The translations under genes and the position numbers were made by a program. 32,000 nt of DNA from positions 1,170,001 through 1,202,000 of the forward strand of contig CP042461.1 in assembly GCA_004563595.2 (NCBI GenBank). Direction: 5' to 3'. The stretch is from Candidatus Saccharimonadota bacterium (GTDB taxonomy: Bacteria; Patescibacteriota; Gracilibacteria; BD1-5; UBA6164). Positions 21,101 to 28,396 of the stretch are shown here, in pieces (position 1 is the stretch's first letter; every line of letters begins with the position of its first letter). Below the pieces are notes generated by a model. It was given only the letters and a program-made list of their open reading frames with translations, searched no databases and was not told the DNA's origin.

Positions 21101-21752
21101 ATACAAGATCAGGTACCTCTCAAATACTTCCTGTACTTACTATGAGTCAGCTACCTGTATCTATAACTCAAGTATTTCCCTCTACAGATCAAGTCTGTGA
21201 TTCTCAACTTCATAATTCACCTATAATCTCTCAAGTTCAAGTTTCATTTTCTAAGTCCACTGCCACTTCTACGATTTCTTTTTTTATAACGATTTTTCTC
21301 TCTTTATAATTTTTTCCATTCTTTTTTCCAACTATTTTAAAGAGTACTTCAGTCTCTCACTCTGGAAAAATAATAGTGGTTGGATTACATTTATTTATCT
21401 GTTCTAGGTCAGAACTAAAGAATATCTCACAAAGCAATTTCGTAGAAATATCTTTGCCCTGATTATCAACAATTTTAAAGTTTACTTTACATTCATCTTT
21501 TGTTTCATCACAGACATATATATCTTGAATTTGATTTTTCTGTTTTATGTATGATGGGTTCTGAAATATAACATTAAAATCAGGCACCACAAAAGTAACT
21601 TCTTCTTTTTTAATGGTTATTCAAGTCTGAGTATTACCTAAAGATAGTTCTGGAATTTTAACATCCTCAATTGATTCTGTTAAAATTAATCATGAATTTC
21701 AGTAAACCTGAAACGTAAAAAGAAAATAAAATAAAAAAATAAACCTCCTCAA
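18159..21752 (-). CDS. large secreted, membrane-anchored multidomain nuclease (Cys-repeats, PKD, lamin-tail domain, SNase/thermonuclease domain, C-terminal TM helix)
   Basis: Every codon was translated in the frame of track ORF 21357..21590; it is open from TAA 21755..21753 to TAA 18161..18159 (1198 codons). The only start is TTG 21752..21750, giving MRRFIFLFYFLFTFQVYG (signal). It carries five ~95-aa four-Cys repeats with a KCNP motif. PKD: YFWDFGNGISSDKSNP..GKYEVTLRVRD. LTD: LKIHALLANPDGNDTFEYIEIKNTG. SNase: VVDGDTIVI..LRLVGVDTPET..YGKEAS..DKYGRLLGYVY..GYARAY..GIWS. The end is NFQILYFLLFLLIFISSMILKRSKVF. Confidence 0.85.
20199..21104 (-). repeat. two tandem 453-nt coding repeats inside the nuclease gene
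   Basis: VLDIQSGLEYSGTGNIW begins at 21104 and again at 20651, a period of exactly 453 nt (151 aa). The DNA blocks 21054-21113 and 20601-20660 are visibly similar. Confidence 0.7.
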
Positions 21753-21834
21753 TTATATACTTTAATAATAAAATTACATTCAGTATACTCATGAGGTATT
21801 AACAGGACATTAACAAAAGAGATTTTTTTAAAAA

Positions 21835-21863
21835 TTGACAAAAACCATCTTGTTTTATATAAT
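21835..21863 (+). promoter_or_regulatory. perfect consensus sigma-70 promoter
   Basis: TTGACA (21835-21840), a 17-nt spacer, then TATAAT (21858-21863). Confidence 0.6.
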
Positions 21864-21914
21864 CTATACACTTTCAAAAATCTTTTGAGAGCATAAAAAA
21901 AAAGGAACAATAGT

Positions 21915-21971
21915 ATGAAAAAATCCACATTAGATGCAATGCGAATTAGAGGTTGGGATAGAGTTTGTTAG
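21915..21971 (+). CDS. 18-codon small ORF (may instead mark an sRNA)
   Basis: AAGGAA lies 8 nt upstream of the ATG. Product MKKSTLDAMRIRGWDRVC, TAG stop. It sits between the consensus promoter and a strong terminator. Confidence 0.3.
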   Translation: MKKSTLDAMRIRGWDRVC

Positions 21972-22032
21972 ATATTTTACTCAATAGATCTTCCCTATTA
22001 CATCAACAGGAGCATTATATTATTGAAACATT

Positions 22033-22062
22033 AAAAGCCTCTAGCAATAGAGGCTTTTAATT
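22033..22062. terminator. bidirectional intrinsic terminator
   Basis: aaAAGCCTCTAgcaaTAGAGGCTTtt is a 9-bp stem with flanking A and T runs. Confidence 0.75.
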
Positions 22063-22075
22063 TTATCTCAGTTTT

Positions 22076-22480
22076 TTAGTTTGAAACATTCTTCAGGAGT
22101 TTTTTTATTTCCTTCTCATAATGATGAGCTTTATGTTTCAAGTATTTTTCATCATAACTATCGAAATCATGAACAATTTTATTCCTCAATTTGTGAAGAT
22201 TCCATATGTTATTAATATTTTTTACTTCTTTGGGTTCCAGTTTGAGAGCATCTCCAAAAGTTCCATCATATCAAAGTTCATTTAGGATCTTATGGTACAA
22301 TTTATCATAATCAATAATTTTTGATTTTGAACTTACCTGAGTTGCAATTTTATGTAATATCTTTAAAAAATATTTGCTTTTTTCTGTACTTAGAGTTCTT
22401 CTTTTAGAATATTTCACTACCAAAAATATTCATGATATCATGGTCGCAATAAACAAGAGTACCGCAAGATATATAAGCAT
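22076..22480 (-). CDS. small membrane protein, hypothetical
   Basis: ATG 22480..22478, TAA 22078..22076. N-terminal TM segment MLIYLAVLLFIATMISGIFLVV is followed by a basic helical domain. Confidence 0.6.
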
Positions 22481-22497
22481 ATTTTAGAAGATTATTT

Positions 22498-23658
22498 TTA
22501 TAAATTTTCAACTATCTGTGTTTTGAGTTCATCAAGTCAAGTTTTCTCAACGGCTGATATAAAAATAGGATTTAGGTCAACAAATTTTTCTTTCAACTCT
22601 TTCATTCTCTCTTCACTTACTCCATCTGTTTTATTAAAAATATAGAGTTTTTTCTGATGGGCTCAAATTTTTTCTAAAATCTCATCTACGACTCTTATTT
22701 TTTCTTCTATTTTTATATCTCATGTATCCACTACATGTAATAATAAATCTGATTCAATGGAATCCTCTAAAGTTGATTTAAAAGCCTCTACAAGTTTTGG
22801 TGGAAGTTCTCTAATAAATCATATTGTATCATTGATAAGAAAGTTTTTTCCTCTTCCATCTGGAGTTGGGAGCCACATTTTTCATACACTTGTTCAGAGT
22901 GTTGCAAAGAGCTTATCTTCAGCAAGGACTCATTTTTTTGTAAGTGCATTTGTAAGAGTTGATTTTCAGGCATTTGTATATCAGACTACTCAAATAGTAA
23001 GGAATCATTTTCTTGCTCTTGATTGCCTATGCTGAGCCCTTACTTTTGAATAATGATCCAACTCTTTCCTAATATGTTGCTCTTTTTTCCTTAAATGCCT
23101 TTTCATTATTTCAGTATTTGTTTCTCATTTTCACCTTGTTCCTACTCAACCTCATTGTTTTGAAAGCTCCATTCCCATACCAAAGATTCTTGGTCACATA
23201 TGCTTTATTGCAGCGAGTTCAATCTGCATTTTTGATTCTGCACTCTGAGCATTTTTCTCAAAAATTTTCAAAATAAGATCTACCCTATCCCATGCCTTAG
23301 CTCAAATAGGCCTAAGTTTTTCATTAATCTTATATATCTGATGGGGCTTGAGTATATTCCCCAGAATAAGAATATTTGCATTTTCCCTTTCCATTTCAGA
23401 TATGATATCATCTAGCCTTCCCTCTCATATGAAGGTATTATAGTCTGGTACTGCTTTATTTTGAATATGCCTTACAATTACAACTCCTCCATATGTATTT
23501 ACAAGGTTTTCAAGCTCCAGCATCCTATCCTTCATATTTTTCCTGATCTCATAATCCTTAGGAAGAATATCTGCAACAAAGACCCTCATCTCTCAATCAG
23601 TGTACTCAATTTTTCTTTGTATATCTTCTAATTCTCTCTCTGATTTCACTCTTGTCAT
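22498..23658 (-). CDS. hflX: GTPase HflX
   Basis: ATG 23658..23656, TAA 22500..22498. Motifs: HflX N-domain [29 protein letters not shown]; G1 VVGYTNAGKSTL (both Gly are TGA); G2 LFATLG; G3 [23 protein letters not shown]; G4 NKTD. Confidence 0.9.
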
Positions 23659-23707
23659 AGCTTTTCTTTAAAATTATTGATTATCTACTTTATTTTACTT
23701 ATTTTTT

Positions 23708-23744
23708 AAAAAAAAGAAAAATAAAGTAGCCGAAACGACTACTT
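23708..23744 (-). terminator. intrinsic terminator overlapping the stop codon
   Basis: AAGTAGCCGaaaCGACTACTT (one mismatch), followed on the minus strand by a long U-run. Confidence 0.55.
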
Positions 23745-24179
23745 ATATATTGGTTTACAACTTGTAATGTCACTTATTCCTAATAAGTCGGAATAACTAG
23801 CATAAAAGTCATAGTAAGCACTATACGAAGAACTTATAGCATATTCATTTAAAAAACTTATAAAATAAGCCCGTTCAGTATTTAATGATTTTAATAAAGC
23901 CTTTGTTGCTGAAATTTCCCTCCTTATTTTTTTAACACGTGTATCAAGATTAGTTATGTTTTCCTTATATATCGGAACCATATTTTTATGACTTTCTGTC
24001 CTTTTTTTAATTTTTAACAGCTTTCGATAATATACTAAGTCTTTCCCCTTATTCTTTGCTTCTAAATTCAAGCATAAATTTCTTTCTTTTAAGCTGACTA
24101 TCTTCTGTTCTACATCAATTCTCTTTTTTTGGAGATATGTAAAATCAGAAATAATAGTATCACCTCCATATACAAACAT
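23739..24179 (-). CDS. hypothetical coiled-coil protein (TGA-free, strong SD)
   Basis: This is the frame of track ORF 23739..24245. The start is placed at ATG 24179..24177 because AAAGGAGC sits 7 nt upstream. Product: MFVYGGDTIISDFTYLQKKRIDVEQKIVSLKERN.., 146 aa, TAG stop, no in-frame TGA. Confidence 0.6.
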   Translation of the reverse strand: MFVYGGDTIISDFTYLQKKRIDVEQKIVSLKERNLCLNLEAKNKGKDLVYYRKLLKIKKRTESHKNMVPIYKENITNLDTRVKKIRREISATKALLKSLNTERAYFISFLNEYAISSSYSAYYDFYASYSDLLGISDITSCKPIYK

Positions 24180-24364
24180 AATAACAGCTCCTTTTATTAT
24201 ATGATTGTAATGTTTTTCAAGATTAATAAAATAATGGAAAATCATAAAAAGTCAATTGATATATTTCTTTGCAAAATACTCTTTTTCTTTTACACTTATT
24301 TTTAAGAATAATTTAAGATACAAAATTATACTCATACATACTTAAATACTAAAGAAAATAACAA

Positions 24365-25279
24365 ATGAATCATATTGACTACGACCTAATTATAATTTGA
24401 GCTTGAAGTGCATGATATCCTACTGGAATGTATGCAGCAAGATACAAAATTAAAAACCTCATAATTGGAGGACAACCTGGAGGTGCTCTCGCAACTTCAC
24501 ATAAGGTAGAAAATTACCCTTGAGTCATTTCAGCTTCATGAAAAAAAATAATGGATGACTTTAGAGAACATGCTATAACTTCGGGGTCTGAGGTATTAGA
24601 TGAAATGGTAACAGACGTGGAAAAATATGAAGATCATTTTCATATAAAAACAAACAGTTGAAAAAAATTTACATCTCGTTTTGTAGTGCTTGCTACTTGA
24701 AATAACTATAGACACCTCTGAGCAAAATGAGAAGAAGAAATGCTTGGAAAATGAGTCAGTTATTGTGCTACATGTGATGGAAATTTTTTCAAATGAAAAG
24801 ATGTTGTTTTAGCTTGAGGTGGAAACACAGCTCTCACTGAAGCCCTATACCTTGCTGAGCTCTGTAATAAAGTTTATATAGTACATAGAAGAGATACTTT
24901 TAGAGCTGAAGATATTTGGATAGAGCAAGCAAAAAAAGCTGATAATATAGAATTTGTTCTAAATGATGAAGTAGAAGAAATAGCTTGAAAATTCTTTGTA
25001 GAAGAGATTAAGCTTAAAAGCGGAAACACAATCAAAGCAGATGGAATATTTGTTGCTATCTGATCTGATCCAAATACAAAACTTGTTGATCATATGAATC
25101 CAAAAAAAGATAATGAATGATGTTTAGTCGTTGATGCAAGACAAGAAACAACTATTCCAGGACTATTTGCAGCCTGAGATGTGACTACCAACTCAAATAA
25201 ATTCAAACAAACCATTATGTCAGCTGCTGAATGATGCCTTGCTGCTGATAGTATTCATGAAGAAATATTAAAAGGATAA
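24365..25279 (+). CDS. trxB: thioredoxin-disulfide reductase
   Basis: ATG 24365, TAA 25277-25279. Motifs: DLIIIGAGSAGYPTGMYAAR (all three GxGxxG Gly are TGA), redox motif YCATCDGNFF, VLAGGGNTALTEALYL, GLFAAGDV. Confidence 0.92.
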
Positions 25280-25367
25280 AAAAATTGACATCTTAAAAAT
25301 ATTGAGTACATTTCGTGTGGTAATTATTATAACTACAATAAGAAACTACTAAAAAAAGGGGAAGCTC

Positions 25368-25667
25368 ATGGAAAATAATCAGGAGATAAATCAAGAATCA
25401 GTTTATGAGGAAATAATTAGTAAATACTCTGATCCTTCTCGTACATTAAGAAAAGAGGATATCGAGGCAAGTAGAAAAGATATACGAAAAGGGTACAAAT
25501 ACCTCCTTTTACTATTCTTAATAACTGTATCGATTGTAATCAAAGTGTTTTTCAACAATGAACTCATTGCAGCAATAACATACTTGAAAGATCTATTATT
25601 ATTCACAATTTTACCATATATTATGGAGATTTATTCTGAATTATCACTTGGTATTACATTCCCATAA
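25368..25667 (+). CDS. small two-TM membrane protein, hypothetical (TGA-free)
   Basis: This is a track ORF, complete under the standard code. AAGGGGAAG lies upstream of the ATG. It has hydrophobic segments YLLLLFLITVSIVIKVFF and LLLFTILPYIMEIY and is followed by a strong terminator. Confidence 0.6.
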   Translation: MENNQEINQESVYEEIISKYSDPSRTLRKEDIEASRKDIRKGYKYLLLLFLITVSIVIKVFFNNELIAAITYLKDLLLFTILPYIMEIYSELSLGITFP

Positions 25668-25670
25668 GCA

Positions 25671-25712
25671 AAAAAGAATCTGTTATTTTTTAATAACGGA
25701 TTCTTTTTTTTA
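25671..25712. terminator. bidirectional intrinsic terminator
   Basis: aaaaAGAATCTGTTATtttttaATAACGGATTCTtttttttt is a 12-bp stem with one G-U pair, between convergent genes. Confidence 0.75.
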
Positions 25713-25778
25713 AAAATATTTCTAGGGTGTTTTACTTCCCTACAAGTATTTCTTTCCCTTACTTCAAGAAAAATAATA

Positions 25779-26816
25779 TTAAAATTCCCAACTTCAGTTC
25801 ATAGCACTTGATTGAGCATAGTTTACAACCGTTGATTCAAAGAAGTTTCATTTTTCACCGTTATTATCTTGAAGTCTATCAAGATGTTTATATGGGTTTG
25901 TAACTACATTATCATATAATGGTGCGAGACCAAGCATATTTAACCTTTCATTTGCAAGCCATTTTGTATAGTTTTCAATATTCTCATGCCCCATACCAAT
26001 GATATTTTTTCAAAGAATATGCTTTGACCATTGAATTTCTTGTTCCACTGCGGTATCCATCATATCATATAACATTTTTTCATCATATACTTCAGGAGCT
26101 TCTTTTTTGATTTCTTTTATAATATTTGCAAAGATGGTTACATGAGTGAGTTCATCTCTTCTAATATAACTAATCATTCTATCTGAAGCTACCATCTTTC
26201 ATTGGTCAGCAAGAGTATCAAAAAAAGCAAAACCATTATAAAAATAAATACTTTCGAGTAAGAAATTTCAGACAACTCCTCTAAAAAAATTCTTATCCGT
26301 AGGTTTATCAACAAAATCTTGATAAATTTGTCCAATATATTCATTTCTTTCTAAAAGATGTTTATCTTCTCTCCAAAAATAATAAAAATCATCTCTATCA
26401 TTTGAATCAACAATGGATTCTAACAATACAGCATATGATTGTGAATGAATTGCTTCTTGGTATGCTTGAATTGATAAAATTAAATTTACTTCTGGTGCTG
26501 TAATATAATCATTAAAGTTTGGAAGATTTACTGTTTGAATAGAATCTAGGAATATTAAAAATGATAAGATTCATTTAAATGCTCTTTGTTCATTTTCTGG
26601 AAGTGTTTTTAATTGAATAGCATCTTCCCCAAGCCCAGATACTTTTTCTGGAAGCCAAAAGTTTCAAACCATAACTTGATACATATTTTTTGCCCAAGTA
26701 TATTTTGTTGAATTTAGCTGAAATAGTCATGTTGTATTTCATTTTATGATTTTTCTATTTGCAACCTCATCATTCCCTTCTGGATTAAAGATTTTATTTG
26801 CTTTAAATTCTGACAT
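25779..26816 (-). CDS. class I ribonucleotide reductase beta (small) subunit
   Basis: ATG 26816..26814, TAA 25781..25779; the frame contains track ORF 26010..26195. Motifs: NFWLPEKV, FLIFLDSIQT, QAYQEAIHSQSY, ESIYFYNGFAFF, SYIRRDELTHV, C-terminal WEF. Ia versus Ib was not resolved. Confidence 0.9.
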
Positions 26817-26844
26817 ATTTTTTAAATTATTAATACTAATATAA

Positions 26845-27297
26845 TTATTTATTATTTTCTAGATTTTCAGCAATAAATTTCATAAAATCTTTTGCTGTTT
26901 CAAAGTTTAAATGTACGGATGCATATCTTACGTATGCAACTTCATCAATATTAGAAAGCTCTTTTAAAACATCTGTTCAGATTTCTTTTGTTGGAATTTC
27001 AGATTTGGTATTCCATTTCAATTCCAAGCTTCTGATTAAATCATTTATTTTCTTTACACTCAGGTTTCTTTTGTTTGTTGCTTTTAACAAACTATCTTCT
27101 AGTTTTGATCTATTATATTTTTGTTTTTTATTTCATGATTTTACAACTACAAGGTTGATGAGCTCAATTTTTTCGAATGTAGTAAATCTATAACTACAAT
27201 TTTCACACTCTCTCCTTCTCCTAATAGAGTCTCATTCTTCTGTAGACCTCGAATCAATGACTCTTGTGTCTGTATTTCAACATTTTATACAATACAT
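26845..27297 (-). CDS. nrdR: transcriptional repressor NrdR
   Basis: [42 protein letters not shown] is a Zn ribbon, followed by an ATP-cone ([11 protein letters not shown]). TAA at 26847..26845. Confidence 0.92.
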
Positions 27298-27349
27298 AGT
27301 GGTTTATACAAATTATAAATAAATATAATTGACGTTTAGTATATCTTTT

Positions 27350-28051
27350 TTAAGCTCTTATTCAAATATTTCTTACATATTTTTTAGATATATTTTTAAG
27401 TTGCTCCAACTCCTGCATCTGGAAGCTTTTTCAAGTAAAATCTTTTTTTAATGTATTTCCAGATCTATAGTTTTGAAGAAAATAATTTTGTGCTCATTCT
27501 ATATTTTTTGCAATATTTTCTATATCTTCTTCTGTATGAATTCATTTAATAACTGTGGTTCTAAATTCATAAGCTATTTTTGAATTTAGTAATATTTTTA
27601 CTGATTTTTTATATTCTTCTTCACTCTCATTCACTCATACAATTTCATGCAATTTTCAAAATGGATTTTTCATATCCATTGCTACATAATCTAATAGATT
27701 GTTATCTAATAATTTTTGTAATACTTCTGGATCTCTTCCATTGGTATCAAGCTTCACTAAGAATCACATATCTTTTATTTTTTTACAAAATATATAAAGA
27801 TCTTTCTGCAAAGTTGGCTCACCTCAACAAATAGAAACTCATTCTAAAAGTCCTTTTCTTTTTTCTAAAAATGCAAGAAATGCTTTCTCAAAAATCAAAG
27901 ATTTTAAATTTTTTTTTAAAAACTCAGGAAGTACAAACTCTGGATTATGGCAAAAATCACACCTGAAATTGCATCCAGGTGTGAAAATGATACATGAGAC
28001 TTTCCCAGGAAAATCTATTAATGAAAACTTCGTTATTCAAGAAATGAGCAT
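27350..28051 (-). CDS. nrdG: anaerobic ribonucleoside-triphosphate reductase activating protein (radical SAM)
   Basis: ATG 28051..28049, TAA 27352..27350. Motifs: SLIDFPGKVSCIIFTPGCNFRCDFCHNPE (CxxxCxxC), GVSICGGEPTL, VKLDTNG. Confidence 0.9.
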
Positions 28052-28057
28052 GATTTT

Positions 28058-28237
28058 TTAGTTATATATGTTATTGAAATTATCATTTGATTTGAAATAA
28101 TTTCTACTATAAAATTCTGCTTTTTTTCAAATATTAAAACTCGAAACTGGTCTATGATATCCCATAACTCTTGTGTAAATTTCACATTTAGTTCTTTCTA
28201 CTTCTTGACCTTCTTTTGTTATAAATATTGCTGACAT
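28058..28237 (-). CDS. nrdD: stand-alone NrdD C-terminal glycyl-radical segment (59 codons)
   Basis: ATG 28237..28235, TAA 28060..28058. Product: MSAIFITKEGQEVERTKCEIYTRVMGYHRPVSSFNIGKKAEFYSRNYF. RVMGY..N.GK..E is the NrdD radical-Gly signature. It is in the same reading frame as the main nrdD ORF. Confidence 0.7.
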
Positions 28238-28261
28238 GGTTGTTTTTATTAGTTGTTAAAA

Positions 28262-28396
28262 TTTAAGCTCCCTCTGTCCTAACGGACATCTCCCTCCATG
28301 AGGGAGAACAATAAGATCCCCTTCTTGGAGGGGGATGCCTGAAAGGCAGGGGGAGTTGCAGTTCCTTCCTCTTTACACCCTCACCTTCCCTAATTC
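28262..28396. other. GC-rich multi-hairpin element embedded in the nrdD interruption
   Basis: This GC-rich block has four adjacent hairpins. They are 28275-79/28284-88, 28290-96/28300-06, 28316-24/28328-36 and 28336-39/28345-48. A long-range helix, 28268-76/28347-55, encloses them. Two G-U pairs form only in the plus-strand RNA. Confidence 0.6.

Noticed and set aside
22788-22973. Track ORFs 22788..22973 and 29719..29919 on the same strand as hflX and nrdD.
   Set aside because: They are in alternative frames of those genes. The GTPase and RNR motifs are in the other frame and read continuously through TGA codons.
24180-24245. Upstream Met of track ORF 23739..24245 (MIFHYFINLEKHYNHIIKGAVI).
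   Set aside because: A strong AAAGGAGC Shine-Dalgarno site sits 7 nt before the internal ATG 24179. The extension would place that SD inside the coding region and has no upstream ribosome-binding site.
28298-28393. A plus-strand 31-codon ORF inside the GC-rich element (MRENNKIPFLEGDAGKAGGVAVPSSLHPHLP).
   Set aside because: It has no ribosome-binding site and its composition is driven by the hairpin arms. The region is better explained as structured nucleic acid.
28262-28396. The GC-rich element was tried as a tRNA, SRP RNA, hammerhead core, cobalamin riboswitch or group I intron core.
   Set aside because: No T-loop GTTCRANNC, no CUGAUGA/GAAA arrangement, no B12 box, no SRP GGAA/AGCA symmetric loop, and no P3/P7 pseudoknot or P/Q/R/S elements were recognisable by eye. 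A covariance-model search is needed before naming it.
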